DNA of 64,000 bases from an uncultured Gemmatimonadota bacterium (GCA_964607465.1 CAZSKS010000006.1:5773-69772), one strand, 5' to 3'; shown: positions 24,606 through 34,487, counted from the first letter of the stretch. Notes: generated by a model from the letters alone, not told the origin. Program-made: numbers and translations.

Positions 24606-26125
24606 AGCGGGCCTTCGGTGGGGGGCGCGGCCGGGCCGTCGTGGTGGCCGGGCTGGCCCTGGCCACGGTGCTGGCCGCAACGCTTCCGGCAAGCGGGGGG
24701 CTCCGGGCCCAGGAGGTGAGGTTCTCCCCTCGACCCGACGTCCCGGTGGAGCGTCGGCTGGCGCAGTTCCTGGAGGCCGGGGGGTACACCCTGTGGACGC
24801 GGGACACGGTGCTGGCCCGGGGCGACTCGGTGCGGGGGCCGCTCCTCGTGCTGCAGGCCTCGGTTCGGCTGGACGGTCCCGTCACGGGCGACGTCCACGT
24901 CGTGGACGGGGATCTGTTCCTTCGACCCGGGGCGCGGCTCGAGGGCGACGCGGTCGTGCTGGGCGGCGGCTACTACGCGTCCTCCCGGGCCGAGGTGGAC
25001 GGGGAAGTCGTCTACCGCCCCAACCTCCTGCTGGACGTCCTCCCGAGGGACGGCGGATGGGAGATCTACCACGTCCGCGAGCCGAGATCGGCCGTGGACC
25101 TGGACGGCCTGGCCGGCTTCCACGTCCCCAGCTACCGGCGGGTGGACGGCTGGACGCTGGGCTGGGGCGGAAGCGTCCGGGCCGTGGATCTCCCGGCCGA
25201 GCCGGGACTCCACGGGGCGGTGCGCCTCCACACGGCGGGACCCCGGAAGTGGGAGGGCACGGTGGGGGCGAGCGTCCATCCCACCGGTTCCGCACGGGTG
25301 AGCCTGGAGGCGGAGCGGCGGACCCTGACCCGGGACGGCTGGATCCGCGGCGAGGTCCTGAACACCCTCTCCTACCTGGCCGGCTCCGGGGACTACCGGG
25401 ACTACTATCGGGGGGAGCGGGCCACCCTGCGTGTCGGCTCCACAGCGGACCAGGGGCTGGCCCCGGCGATCTGGCTGGGCTGGGAGGACGCCTCGAGCCT
25501 GCAGGCACGCGCCCTCGGGGTGCTGTTCGACGACGACGGGGAGGTGCGGCCCAACCCGGCCGTGGACGACGGCGAGACCTGGAGCGTCGGCGCCGAGCTG
25601 GGCTACCGGCGGCGCACGGGCGACCGCCGGCTCGTGGCGCGCGTGACGGCCGAGGTGGCGGACTCCACCGTGGGAGGCGACTTCTCGTTCCTGATGGGCG
25701 AGGCCCGGGTCGGCTACCGGGGACCGGCCCCGGCCGACCACCGGGTGGAGCTGTTCGGGATCACCCGGTGGGACCTCTCGGGTCGGCCGCCCCGACAGCG
25801 CTGGTCGGCCCTCGGGGGAACGGGCACCCTGCCGGTTCTGGAGACCCTCTCGCGCCGCGGGTCGCGTCTCTTCTACGTGGGCGCCACCTACGTCGTCCCC
25901 GTCCCGGCCCTGCGTGTGCCGGTCCTCGGCGGGCCGCGGTTCTTCCTGCGGAACTCCCTGGGATCGGCCTGGGACGAAGGCGAGGCCGTGGAGCTCGAGG
26001 ACAACGTGACCCTCGGGGTGCGATACCTGTTCCTGGAGCTGGGCGTGGCCGTGGGCGTCACCGATGACGACCTCCCGGCGGAGCTCCTTCTGGGAGCCCA
26101 TTTTCCAGCTCGCTTCCTGGACTGA
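24602..26125 (+). CDS. Hypothetical secreted/outer-membrane protein (bactofilin-like beta-helix region plus beta-strand-rich C-terminal part)
   Basis: ATG 24602 overlaps the nitroreductase stop (ATGA). Signal-peptide-like MKRAFGGGRGRAVVVAGLALATVLAATLPASG. GPVTGDVHVVDGDLFLRPGARLEGDAVVLGG resembles polymer-forming (bactofilin) repeats. The C-terminal part alternates hydrophobic and polar residues. No family is confidently recognised. Confidence 0.55.
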   Translation: MKRAFGGGRGRAVVVAGLALATVLAATLPASGGLRAQEVRFSPRPDVPVERRLAQFLEAGGYTLWTRDTVLARGDSVRGPLLVLQASVRLDGPVTGDVHVVDGDLFLRPGARLEGDAVVLGGGYYASSRAEVDGEVVYRPNLLLDVLPRDGGWEIYHVREPRSAVDLDGLAGFHVPSYRRVDGWTLGWGGSVRAVDLPAEPGLHGAVRLHTAGPRKWEGTVGASVHPTGSARVSLEAERRTLTRDGWIRGEVLNTLSYLAGSGDYRDYYRGERATLRVGSTADQGLAPAIWLGWEDASSLQARALGVLFDDDGEVRPNPAVDDGETWSVGAELGYRRRTGDRRLVARVTAEVADSTVGGDFSFLMGEARVGYRGPAPADHRVELFGITRWDLSGRPPRQRWSALGGTGTLPVLETLSRRGSRLFYVGATYVVPVPALRVPVLGGPRFFLRNSLGSAWDEGEAVELEDNVTLGVRYLFLELGVAVGVTDDDLPAELLLGAHFPARFLD

Positions 26126-26148
26126 CGCCGCTCGCTTCCTGGCCTGAC
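26108..26148 (+). repeat. 19-nt direct repeat (22-nt period) spanning the stop codon of the 24602-26125 gene
   Basis: GCTCGCTTCCTGGACTGAC (26108-26126) and GCTCGCTTCCTGGCCTGAC (26130-26148) differ by 1 mismatch. Both copies end in TGA in the same relative frame. Confidence 0.9.
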
Positions 26149-26187
26149 ACCCCCCCGGGGGCCGGACGCGGGGTCGAGCGAGGCGCT

Positions 26188-26216
26188 TTGACAGCCCCGA
26201 CCACCGGAGCTACCTT
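26188..26216 (+). promoter_or_regulatory. Possible sigma-70-type promoter for the kdsB-pyrG-kds-lpt block
   Basis: Perfect -35 TTGACA (26188-26193), a 17-nt spacer, then TACCTT (26211-26216) as a weak -10. Located 46 nt upstream of the kdsB ATG. Confidence 0.3.
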
Positions 26217-26261
26217 CAGGTGCGTGAGCCGTCCAGGGTCCGTTCCCGCCCGCGCCGCAGG

Positions 26262-27041
26262 ATGACGGTCCTCTGCGTCCTTCCCGCGAGGATCTCGAGC
26301 GAGCGTATCCCCCGAAAGCCCCTCCGTCGGATCGCCGGCCGGCCGCTCGTGGAGTGGAGCTGGCGCGCGGCGTGCCGGGTCGATGCCTTCGACGAGGTCT
26401 GGATCGCCACCGACTCCGAGGAGATCGTCGAGGCCGCCGCCGGGTTCGGAGGACGGGCGATCATGACGTCCCCGGACCACCCTTCGGGCACGGATCGCGT
26501 GGCCGAGGCTGCGGCTCGGCCCGAGGCCCGGACCCACGAGGTGATCGTCAACTTCCAGGCGGACGAGCCGTTCCTCACGCCGGAACCCGTGAACCGGGCC
26601 GTGGCGGCGGTCCGGGACGAGGGCGCCCCGGTCGCGACGCTGGCCACGCCCCTCCGGGACGTCCAGGCCTGGCGGGCCGAGTCGGTCGTCAAGGTGGTGC
26701 GAGACGCCCGGGGGAACGCCCTCTACTTCAGCCGGGCGGCCATCCCGCACCGCCGGGGCGGGCCGCCCGACCTGCCGGATCCCGGGGGACGCTACCTGCG
26801 ACACCTGGGCGTCTACGTCTTCCGACGGGACGCCCTCGAGCGCTGGACGGAGCTCTCGCCGTCGCCGCTGGAGCGGCTGGAGCGGCTGGAGCAGCTCCGG
26901 GCGCTGGAGGCGGGGCTGAGCATCCGGGTGGTCACGGGGCCGCCCGTGGAGCCGGGGGTGGACGAGCCCGGGGACCTTCGGCGGGCCGAGAGGATACTTT
27001 CTAGCGACACGCCACCGCAGCCGGACGAGAGCCATGTCTGA
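26262..27041 (+). CDS. kdsB: 3-deoxy-manno-octulosonate cytidylyltransferase (CMP-Kdo synthetase)
   Basis: [17 protein letters not shown]-terminal motif. ATG 26262 is preferred over the upstream GTG 26220. Confidence 0.88.
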   Translation: MTVLCVLPARISSERIPRKPLRRIAGRPLVEWSWRAACRVDAFDEVWIATDSEEIVEAAAGFGGRAIMTSPDHPSGTDRVAEAAARPEARTHEVIVNFQADEPFLTPEPVNRAVAAVRDEGAPVATLATPLRDVQAWRAESVVKVVRDARGNALYFSRAAIPHRRGGPPDLPDPGGRYLRHLGVYVFRRDALERWTELSPSPLERLERLEQLRALEAGLSIRVVTGPPVEPGVDEPGDLRRAERILSSDTPPQPDESHV

Positions 27042-28722
27042 CGACAAGTCGTCGCCCACCAAGTACATCTTCGTCACCGGAGGCGTCGTCTCCGCTCTCG
27101 GAAAGGGGATCGCCTGCGCCTCCCTCGGCCGGCTGCTGGTCGAGCGGGGGGTCGACGTCACCATCCAGAAGTTCGATCCGTACATCAACGTGGACCCCGG
27201 GACGATGTCGCCCTTCCAGCACGGCGAGGTGTTCGTCACCGACGACGGCGCCGAGACGGACCTGGACCTGGGACACTACGAGCGCTTCATCGACGAGTCC
27301 CTCTCCGAGTCGAACAACGTCACGACCGGCAAGGTCTACCAGGACATCATCACCAAGGAGCGGCGGGGCGACTTCCTGGGCGGGACCGTACAGGTCATTC
27401 CCCACGTGACCGACGAGATCAAGTCCAACATCCGTCGCCTGGCCCCCAACCGCGACGTGGTGATCACCGAGATCGGCGGCACGGTGGGCGACATCGAGTC
27501 CCTCCCGTTCCTCGAGGCCCTGCGGCAGTTCCGCCAGGACGTGGGCCGGGAGAACACGCTCTTCGTCCACCTGACCCTGGTGCCCTACATCGCCACGGCC
27601 GGGGAGCTGAAGACGAAACCGACCCAGCACTCGGTGCGGGAGCTGATGGAGACCGGGATCCAGCCGGACATCCTGGTGGCCCGCTGCGACCGGCCGCTCA
27701 CCGACGAGGTGAAGCGGAAGATCGCCCGCTTCTGCAACGTGGACCTGAAGCACGTCATCGAGTCCCGGGACCTGGAGACGATCTACGAGGTGCCCCTGCG
27801 CTACCGGGAGCAGCGGCTCGACGACCACATCCTGGACCTCCTGGGCCTCGACGCCCCGCCCCCCGACGTCTCGGACTGGGAGACGATGGTGGAGCGGATC
27901 AAGGAGCCGAAGGGCGGACGCGTGAGGATCGCCGTGGTGGGCAAGTACACCAAGCTCGTCGACGCCTACCTCTCCATCCAGCAGGCCCTGGTGCACGGCG
28001 GGATCGCCCACGACGTGGGGGTGGACATCGACTGGATCTCCTCCGAGGAGCTGGACGGCGACAGGGTGCGCCGCCTGGACGACTACGACGGCGTCCTGGT
28101 CCCCGGCGGCTTCGGGGTCCGGGGCGTGGAGGGGATGCTGGAGACCGTGGGCTACATCCGGGAGCAGGGGATCCCGTACTTCGGCATCTGCCTGGGGCTG
28201 CAGTGCGCGATCATCGAGTTCGCCCGAACGGTCTGCGGGATGGAGGAGTCCCATTCGGCCGAGTTCGACCAGGAGACCGACGAGCCGGTGATCTCGCTGA
28301 TGGACTCCCAGCGGCAGGTCACCGACAAGGGCGGCACGATGCGGCTGGGCGCCTACCCCTGTCGGCTCCGCGAGGGGACGATGGCGAGGGAGGTCTACGG
28401 CAAGGCGGAGATCTCCGAGAGGCACCGACACCGGTACGAGGTGAACAACGAGTATCGGGACGTCCTCTCGAACCGGGGCATGGTGTTCAGCGGCGTCTCC
28501 CCCGACGAGCAGCTGGTGGAGATCGTCGAGCTCCCGGACCACCCCTTCTTCGTCGCGACGCAGTTCCACCCCGAGTTCCGGTCTCGACCCACCCGTCCCC
28601 ATCCCCTCTTCTCGGCCTTCGTCCGGGCCGCCCGCCGGCGCGCCGCTGCACGGGAGGACGGATCCCGGACACGGGACTCGGGGGCCACGGACGCGGCCGA
28701 GCGGGCGGCGGTGGGCGGCTGA
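27034..28722 (+). CDS. pyrG: CTP synthase
   Basis: [17 protein letters not shown]-terminus and GATase catalytic Cys in GICLGLQ. 562 aa. 8-nt overlap with kdsB. Confidence 0.96.
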   Translation: MSDDKSSPTKYIFVTGGVVSALGKGIACASLGRLLVERGVDVTIQKFDPYINVDPGTMSPFQHGEVFVTDDGAETDLDLGHYERFIDESLSESNNVTTGKVYQDIITKERRGDFLGGTVQVIPHVTDEIKSNIRRLAPNRDVVITEIGGTVGDIESLPFLEALRQFRQDVGRENTLFVHLTLVPYIATAGELKTKPTQHSVRELMETGIQPDILVARCDRPLTDEVKRKIARFCNVDLKHVIESRDLETIYEVPLRYREQRLDDHILDLLGLDAPPPDVSDWETMVERIKEPKGGRVRIAVVGKYTKLVDAYLSIQQALVHGGIAHDVGVDIDWISSEELDGDRVRRLDDYDGVLVPGGFGVRGVEGMLETVGYIREQGIPYFGICLGLQCAIIEFARTVCGMEESHSAEFDQETDEPVISLMDSQRQVTDKGGTMRLGAYPCRLREGTMAREVYGKAEISERHRHRYEVNNEYRDVLSNRGMVFSGVSPDEQLVEIVELPDHPFFVATQFHPEFRSRPTRPHPLFSAFVRAARRRAAAREDGSRTRDSGATDAAERAAVGG

Positions 28723-28726
28723 CGCG

Positions 28727-29572
28727 GTGGCCTCCAGTCTCGACGACCTCTTCCGCCCGGGCGGGCCCTTTTTCGTCGTGGCCGGGCCCTGCGTGCTGGA
28801 GGACGACGACCTGAACCTCGCCGTGGGCCGCCACCTGGCGGAAGTGGCCGACCGGCTGGGCGTTCCCGCGGTCTTCAAGGCCTCCTACGACAAGGCGAAC
28901 CGGACCAGCCTCGACTCCCCCCGGGGGCCGGGCCTCGGCGAAGGGGTGGACCGGCTACGGCGGGTCCGCGACGCCACCGGCCTGCCCGTCCTCACCGACG
29001 TGCACGGGCCGCGGCAGGCCGAGGAGGCGGCCGGGACGGTGGACGTGCTGCAGATCCCGGCCTTCCTCTGCCGACAGACCGACCTCCTGGTGGCGGCCGG
29101 TGCCGCCGGGCTCCCGGTCAACGTGAAGAAGGGGCAGTGGATGGCGCCGGAGCAGATCCGCCACTCGGTGGACAAGGTCAGGGCCGGCGGCGCGAACAGG
29201 ATCTCGGTGACGGAGCGCGGAACGGCCTTCGGGTACGGTCGCTGGGTGGTGGACATGCGGAGCTTCGAGCTGATGCGGGAGGCGTGCGGCTGCCCGGCGC
29301 TGTTCGACGCCACCCACTCGGTGCAGCTCCCCGGCGGCGGGGGGGCGGAGAGCGGCGGCGAGCCGCGCTTCATCCCCCACCTGGCCCGGGGGGCGGTGGC
29401 GGCGGGGGCCGACGGGCTCTACCTGGAGATCCATCCCGATCCGTCGTCCGCGCCGTCCGACGGTGCCAACATGCTGCCCATGGACGGGCTCGAGCCGCTG
29501 CTGACCGCGCTCCTGAGGATCCTGGAGGCCCGGGAGGGCGACCGGGAGGCCGAGGTAGGGGGCACCGCATGA
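28727..29572 (+). CDS. kdsA: 3-deoxy-8-phosphooctulonate synthase
   Basis: KASYDKANR..S and DATHSVQLPGG motifs. 281 aa. Confidence 0.92.
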   Translation: MASSLDDLFRPGGPFFVVAGPCVLEDDDLNLAVGRHLAEVADRLGVPAVFKASYDKANRTSLDSPRGPGLGEGVDRLRRVRDATGLPVLTDVHGPRQAEEAAGTVDVLQIPAFLCRQTDLLVAAGAAGLPVNVKKGQWMAPEQIRHSVDKVRAGGANRISVTERGTAFGYGRWVVDMRSFELMREACGCPALFDATHSVQLPGGGGAESGGEPRFIPHLARGAVAAGADGLYLEIHPDPSSAPSDGANMLPMDGLEPLLTALLRILEAREGDREAEVGGTA

Positions 29573-30129
29573 TCGATCCGTCGCTGGCCTCGCGGGTGCG
29601 TCTGCTGGTCCTGGACGCCGACGGCGTCCTCACCGACGGGGGCATCTATGTGGCCGACGGGGTGGACGGCGATCCCTTCCAGCTCCGCCGCTTCCACGTC
29701 CGCGACGGGCTGGCGGTCCACCTCCTGCGCCAGGCCGGGATCGAGCCGGTCATCGTGTCCGGGCGCGACTCGCCGGCCCTGCGGGAGCGGGCACGTGAGC
29801 TGGAGATCGACGAGGTCCACCAGGTGACGCCCTGGGAGAAGGTGCCCGTCGTGGACGATCTCCTGGAGGCCCGCGGTCACACCTGGGAGAACGCCGCCTG
29901 CCTGGCGGACGACCTGGCCGACGCCGCGGTGCTGGAGCGGGTGGCGCTCCCGGCAGCCGTGGCGGACGCCGTGCCCGAGATCCGGGCCCGGGCCGACTGG
30001 ACGGGGGAGGTGCCCGGTGGCCACGGGGCGGTGCGGGAGTTCGTGGAGGCCCTCCTGCGGGCCCGTGGCCAGTGGGACGACGTGGTGCAGGATTTCGTCG
30101 AATGGGCGCGGAGCGGGGGCGAATCGTGA
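29569..30129 (+). CDS. kdsC: 3-deoxy-D-manno-octulosonate 8-phosphate phosphatase (HAD)
   Basis: ATG overlaps the kdsA stop (ATGA). LVLDADGVLTDG HAD motif I. 186 aa. Flanked by kdsA and kdsD. Confidence 0.85.
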   Translation: MIDPSLASRVRLLVLDADGVLTDGGIYVADGVDGDPFQLRRFHVRDGLAVHLLRQAGIEPVIVSGRDSPALRERARELEIDEVHQVTPWEKVPVVDDLLEARGHTWENAACLADDLADAAVLERVALPAAVADAVPEIRARADWTGEVPGGHGAVREFVEALLRARGQWDDVVQDFVEWARSGGES

Positions 30130-31097
30130 GCGAGGCGTCCGTCCTGGAGAGGGGACGGCAGGTCCTGGAGCTGGAGGGCCGGGCCGTCCTGGACCTGGTC
30201 GACCGCCTGGACGCCTCCTTCGTCGAGGCCGTGCGTCGGGTGCTCGAGGTCGAGGGACGGGTGATCGTCTCCGGCATCGGAAAGTCGGGCGTCGTGGCCA
30301 GGAAGATCGCCTCCACCCTGGCGTCCACCGGCACGCCCGCGCTCTTCCTCCATCCCGCCGAGGGCGCCCACGGGGACCTCGGCCTCCTCATGAGGGGGGA
30401 CCTCCTCATCGCCGTCTCCAAGAGCGGCGAGACCGAGGAGCTGGCCGACCTCATGCCGGCGGTCAAGCGGCTCGAGATCCCGGTCGTGGTCCTCACGGGG
30501 AGCTCGGACTCCACCCTGGGCCGCCACGCCGACGTGCTGCTCGACGCCGCGGTGTCCGAGGAGGCGTGCCCCATGGACCTGGCTCCGACGGCCAGCAGCA
30601 CCGCCGCCCTGGCCATGGGCGACGCCCTGGCCATGGCCGTCCTGGACGAGCGTGGCTTCGGCCCCGACGACTTCGCTCGCCTCCATCCCAGCGGGTCGCT
30701 GGGACGCAAGCTGCTGTGGCGGGTGGAGGACGTCATGCTGGAGGACCCGTCCGAAGTGCCGGGCGTGGGGCCGGACGCGCCCCTGGCCGAGGCCATGCGA
30801 CAGATCGCCCACCTGCGTGGGACCGTGCCGGTGGTGGACGGGGACGACCGCGTCGTGGGGGTCGTCACGGCCGGGGACCTGACGCGCTACGCGGAGGATC
30901 ACCCCGATTTCCTGGAGCGGCCCACCCGGGAGGCGATGACCTCCTCGCCGGAGCTGGCGTCGCCCGACGGGCTGGCCGTCGAGGCCGTGCACGTGATGGA
31001 GGCGAAGGGCATCATGGCGTTGCCGGTGGTGGACGACGACGAGCGCCTGGTGGGGATCGTCCACCTGCACGACCTGCTCCGAGCGGGCGTCACGTGA
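30126..31097 (+). CDS. kdsD: Arabinose-5-phosphate isomerase (SIS + tandem CBS)
   Basis: GTG 30126 overlaps the kdsC stop (GTGA; alternative ATG 30072 lies inside kdsC). SGIGKSG SIS motif and two C-terminal CBS domains. Confidence 0.85.
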   Translation: MSEASVLERGRQVLELEGRAVLDLVDRLDASFVEAVRRVLEVEGRVIVSGIGKSGVVARKIASTLASTGTPALFLHPAEGAHGDLGLLMRGDLLIAVSKSGETEELADLMPAVKRLEIPVVVLTGSSDSTLGRHADVLLDAAVSEEACPMDLAPTASSTAALAMGDALAMAVLDERGFGPDDFARLHPSGSLGRKLLWRVEDVMLEDPSEVPGVGPDAPLAEAMRQIAHLRGTVPVVDGDDRVVGVVTAGDLTRYAEDHPDFLERPTREAMTSSPELASPDGLAVEAVHVMEAKGIMALPVVDDDERLVGIVHLHDLLRAGVT

Positions 31098-31768
31098 GAC
31101 GGATCTCGGCCGTCCTCCTGCTGGCGGCCGCAGCCGCGGGGTGCGGGGAGGAGTCGGCCCCGGAGCCGGCCGGCCCGCAGTTCCAGCAGCTGGAGGCGGA
31201 CCAGGTCATGGTGGAGGTGGAGCATTACATGACGCGCGAAGGCGTCCGTCGGGCCCACCTGCAGGCCGACACGGTGTACTTCCTAGACGAGGGAGCCACG
31301 GCCCACCTTCGGCACTTCACGGTGGACTTCTTCGGCGAGGCGGGGGCGACGACGTCCGTGCTCAGCGCACGGGACGGCAGGTACCGCCTGCAGACCGGCG
31401 ACATGGAGGCCACCGAAGACGTGCGGGTCGTGGACGAGGACGAGTCCCAGCGGCTGTTCACCGAGCGCCTGATCTACGACTCGGAGACGGGCCGGCTTCG
31501 CAGCGACGTGGAGTTCGTGATGGTCCAGGGCAGGGACACGATCCGCGGGATCGGCTTCGTCACCGATCCGGGCCTCGATTCGCTGACGATCCAGCGTCCC
31601 GGCGCGGTGCTTCCGCCGACCGACACGGCCGGAGCAGGGGGGCGACCCGATGCCGGGGTCCCCGACACCGTGCAACCGGAGAGCCGGCCCGACACGGCCG
31701 ACGACGACGCGCGGGCGGGGGGGGCGGCCGGGACGACCGGATCCGCCCAGGTCCATCGGTCGGGCTGA
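31094..31768 (+). CDS. lptC: LptC-like lipopolysaccharide export component (lipobox-containing)
   Basis: GTG overlaps the kdsD stop (GTGA). VRRISAVLLLAAAAAGC lipobox-like N-terminus and an OstA-like beta-jellyroll-type sequence. Conserved position kdsD-kdsC-lptC-lptA-lptB. Confidence 0.6.
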   Translation: MRRISAVLLLAAAAAGCGEESAPEPAGPQFQQLEADQVMVEVEHYMTREGVRRAHLQADTVYFLDEGATAHLRHFTVDFFGEAGATTSVLSARDGRYRLQTGDMEATEDVRVVDEDESQRLFTERLIYDSETGRLRSDVEFVMVQGRDTIRGIGFVTDPGLDSLTIQRPGAVLPPTDTAGAGGRPDAGVPDTVQPESRPDTADDDARAGGAAGTTGSAQVHRSG

Positions 31769-31769
31769 C

Positions 31770-33431
31770 GTGCCCCGTACGGCCCGACGCGCGGGGGCCA
31801 CGACCGTGGCCGGGATGGCGTTGCTCGGCTCGCTGGTCCTTTCGGCCGGGGCGAGCGCGCAGCAGGGGGCGGAAGGGCGCGCGTGCACCCTGGTGCTGGA
31901 GCCCGCCACCGACTCCACGCGGAGCGTCCGGATCCAGGTGGAGACGAACCGCTACGTCACCCACGTGGGCAACGGGCTGCTGGCCACCTGCGGCGACGCC
32001 AGGATGAACTCGGACAGCGCGGTGAGCTACGGGGGCGAGCAGCGGGTGCGGATGATCGGATCGGTGGACTACCGCGACTCGGTGCGGACGCTGACCGCCG
32101 ACACGTTGACCTACTTCCAGGCCGAGGACCGGGTCCTGGCCGTGGGCGACGTGGTCCTCGTGCGCCGGGCCAGCGGCTCCCGCCTCGCCGGGCCGCGGGT
32201 GGAGTTCCAGCGGGTGAGGTCGCCCGAGGAGCGCCGCACGGTGGCCACCGGCCGGTCGCGGCTGGAGGTCTACTCCGATTCCGCCCCACGGGACACGGCG
32301 GCCGGGGACACCGCCTCGCCCGCGGTGGTGGACGCCGACCGGATCGTCATGCTCGGGGAGCGAGAGGTCCGCACCTGGGGGGACGTCAGGATTCGCCGCT
32401 CCGGAGCGGACGCCCGGGCCGACAGCGCCTTCTTCCGTACGGAGGCGGGCGCCGGCCGGCTGATGGGCTCGCCCCGGGTGGAGGGGGAGACGTTCACGCT
32501 GACGGGGGACACCATCTTCACGGGGTTCGAGGAGGGGGAGCTTCGCGACGTGGAATCGGTCGGCGAGGCCCGGGCCACCGGGGAGGACTTCGACCTCTAC
32601 TCGGAACGGATCCGGGGGCGGATGAGGGCGGAGGAGCTGGACCGGCTGTGGGCCTACGGCGCCGGGCGAGCGGTGGCCGTGTCGCCCCCCTACCGCCTGG
32701 CCGCCGATTCCCTCGATACCGCCTTCGCCGCAGGGGAGATGGACACCCTGTACGCGGTGGGGTCCGCCCGAGCGCTGGAGATCGGCGATCGACCGGCGGA
32801 AGATCCCCGCTCCGCCATCTCCCTGACGCCGGGCGAGCAGAGCTGGATCACCGGCGACTCGCTGGTCTTCTCCTTCGCCCGCCGGACGGCCGCTGCCCCG
32901 GTCGGCGGGGCCGACGGTGCGGCCGAGCCCGAGGCGGAGGCCCCTCCCGACAGCGTGGCGGCGGTCCCGGCGGGGGACGAGGGGACGGACGAGGCCGACG
33001 GACCGGCGGGTGAGCGGGAGACCCGCCTCGAGCGGGTCCGGGCGGCCGGCGACGCCCGGGCCTACCACGTTCTGAGAGGAGCGGACGACGACGGGGCGCC
33101 AGCCCGTGACTACCAGCTGGCCCGGGTCATCGAGATCTTCTTCGAGGACGGTGAGGTGGCACGCGTCGAGGGCCAGCAGGCCGTGGGCATCCACCTGGAT
33201 CCCATGGAGAGTGCGGACCGACCGGCGCCCACGCCGCCCGCCGACACGACGGAGGGGGGACGGCCCCCGGTCGACGCCCCGCCCGACACCGCGGGCGAGG
33301 CGCCCCCGGACACGTCAGGCGAAGCGACGCCGGATACGACGCGATACGAGCGGCCGAACTCGCCGGGCGGGGGCGACGTGTCCCCGGAGGGGAGGGGCGA
33401 CGTGTCCCCGGAGGGCGGGGAGCGGTCGTGA
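31770..33431 (+). CDS. OstA/LptA-like periplasmic protein, unusually long (553 aa) with a repeat-rich C-terminal tail
   Basis: GTG 31770, 2 nt after the lptC stop (alternative ATG 31815). Signal peptide ..[17 protein letters not shown]. Repeated OstA-like segments ([24 protein letters not shown].., [19 protein letters not shown]..). Positioned between lptC and lptB. Confidence 0.6.
   Translation: MPRTARRAGATTVAGMALLGSLVLSAGASAQQGAEGRACTLVLEPATDSTRSVRIQVETNRYVTHVGNGLLATCGDARMNSDSAVSYGGEQRVRMIGSVDYRDSVRTLTADTLTYFQAEDRVLAVGDVVLVRRASGSRLAGPRVEFQRVRSPEERRTVATGRSRLEVYSDSAPRDTAAGDTASPAVVDADRIVMLGEREVRTWGDVRIRRSGADARADSAFFRTEAGAGRLMGSPRVEGETFTLTGDTIFTGFEEGELRDVESVGEARATGEDFDLYSERIRGRMRAEELDRLWAYGAGRAVAVSPPYRLAADSLDTAFAAGEMDTLYAVGSARALEIGDRPAEDPRSAISLTPGEQSWITGDSLVFSFARRTAAAPVGGADGAAEPEAEAPPDSVAAVPAGDEGTDEADGPAGERETRLERVRAAGDARAYHVLRGADDDGAPARDYQLARVIEIFFEDGEVARVEGQQAVGIHLDPMESADRPAPTPPADTTEGGRPPVDAPPDTAGEAPPDTSGEATPDTTRYERPNSPGGGDVSPEGRGDVSPEGGERS
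33276..33347 (+). repeat. Three degenerate 24-nt (8-aa) tandem units in the lptA-like tail
   Basis: Encodes APPDTAGE / APPDTSGE / ATPDTTRY. The units have diverged at the DNA level. Confidence 0.6.
33371..33415 (+). repeat. Perfect 21-nt direct repeat with 24-nt period inside the lptA-like 3' end
   Basis: GGGCGACGTGTCCCCGGAGGG occurs at 33371-33391 and again at 33395-33415, encoding GDVSPEGR / GDVSPEGG. Confidence 0.95.
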
Positions 33432-34270
33432 CCGACGAGTTCCCTGAGGTGGAGATCGAGGGGCACCCGGAGGCCGAGGCCGAGGAGCCGTACCGGCCGG
33501 CGGGTCCCGGTGCGGACGAGCGGCCGCCGGCCAGGGCGGAAGGGCAGGGAAGCGTCCTGCGGGCGGAAGGCTTGGTCAAGGCCTTCAAGAAGCGCCGGGT
33601 CGTGGACGAAGTGGACCTGAGCCTGGGACAGGGCGAGATCGTGGGGCTCCTGGGACCGAACGGGGCCGGAAAGACCACCACCTTCTACATGATCGTCGGC
33701 CTCCTGCCGGCCGACCAGGGCCGGGTCTTCCTCGACGATCGTGAGCTCACCGACGTCCCCATGTACCGGCGGGCCCGGGAGGGCATCGGCTACCTTTCCC
33801 AGGAGCCGTCCATCTTCCGGAAGCTGACCGTGGAGGAGAACGTCATGGCCATCCTGGAGACGCTGGACCTCTCCAGGGAGGAGCGACGGGAGCGGCTCGA
33901 GGACCTGCTGGACGAACTCTCCATCAAGCACCTGCGGGACAGCAAGGCCTACGCTCTCTCCGGCGGCGAGCGGCGTCGCCTCGAGATCACCCGTGCCCTG
34001 GTCACCTCGCCCAAGTTCATGCTCCTCGACGAGCCCTTCGCCGGCGTCGACCCCATCGCGGTGGATGACATCCAGCGGATCGTGGCGGAGCTGCGCGACC
34101 GTGGGCTCGGCGTCCTCATCACCGACCACAACGTCCGGGAGACCCTCTCCATCACCGACCGGGCCTACATCATGTTCAACGGACGGATCCACATCGAGGG
34201 ACCCGCCGAAGCGCTGGTGAACGACCCCCAGGCTCGGAAGATGTACCTGGGACAGGACTTCCGCCTCTAG
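33428..34270 (+). CDS. lptB: LPS export ABC transporter ATP-binding protein
   Basis: Walker [10 protein letters not shown], signature LSGGERRR, Walker [10 protein letters not shown]. About 45-aa acidic N-terminal extension if GTG 33428 (GTGA overlap) is used. Confidence 0.88.
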   Translation: MTDEFPEVEIEGHPEAEAEEPYRPAGPGADERPPARAEGQGSVLRAEGLVKAFKKRRVVDEVDLSLGQGEIVGLLGPNGAGKTTTFYMIVGLLPADQGRVFLDDRELTDVPMYRRAREGIGYLSQEPSIFRKLTVEENVMAILETLDLSREERRERLEDLLDELSIKHLRDSKAYALSGGERRRLEITRALVTSPKFMLLDEPFAGVDPIAVDDIQRIVAELRDRGLGVLITDHNVRETLSITDRAYIMFNGRIHIEGPAEALVNDPQARKMYLGQDFRL

Positions 34271-34272
34271 AG

Positions 34273-34294
34273 CCCCCGTCCCCCGGACGAGGGG
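34273..34294 (+). terminator. Hairpin immediately after lptB
   Basis: CCCCCGTC pairs with GACG(A)GGGG, an 8-bp stem with one bulge and a 5-nt loop. It starts 3 nt after the lptB TAG. No U-tract. Confidence 0.3.
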
Positions 34295-34367
34295 AACCCG
34301 CGAAGAGCCCGGCGCCATCCACCTTTCCGGCGTCGGCCCGGCCTCTGATGTGCCTCTTTGCCCGGCA

Positions 34368-34385
34368 TGGCATATATTTTGTGCA
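34368..34385 (+). promoter_or_regulatory. Sigma-54-like -24/-12 element (imperfect) in the AT-rich patch upstream of rpoN
   Basis: TGGCAT-ATATT-TTGTGCA versus the consensus TGGCAC-N5-TTGCW. The GG is at the correct spacing, but the -12 position reads GT instead of GC. About 100 nt upstream of the rpoN ATG. Confidence 0.25.
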
Positions 34386-34487
34386 ACGGAGGCCGAATCC
34401 GGGTGTAGGGTGTGATCCGGCCCGCCGGGAATCCGCTCCGCGGCTCGTCCGAGACGCTCATCGAGGAGGAGGAACAGCACTCCGACC

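Noticed and set aside
33276-33415. Tandem repeats in the lptA-like tail as a CRISPR or VNTR-type locus.
   Set aside because: Only 2-3 units are present, there are no spacers, and they are in frame within a coding region. This is a low-complexity protein tail, not an array.
34358-34378. Reading the rpoN-upstream AT patch as a standard sigma-70 promoter (TTGCCC ... TATATT).
   Set aside because: The spacer between the two hexamers is only 9 nt, and no better -35 lies 16-18 nt upstream of TATATT.
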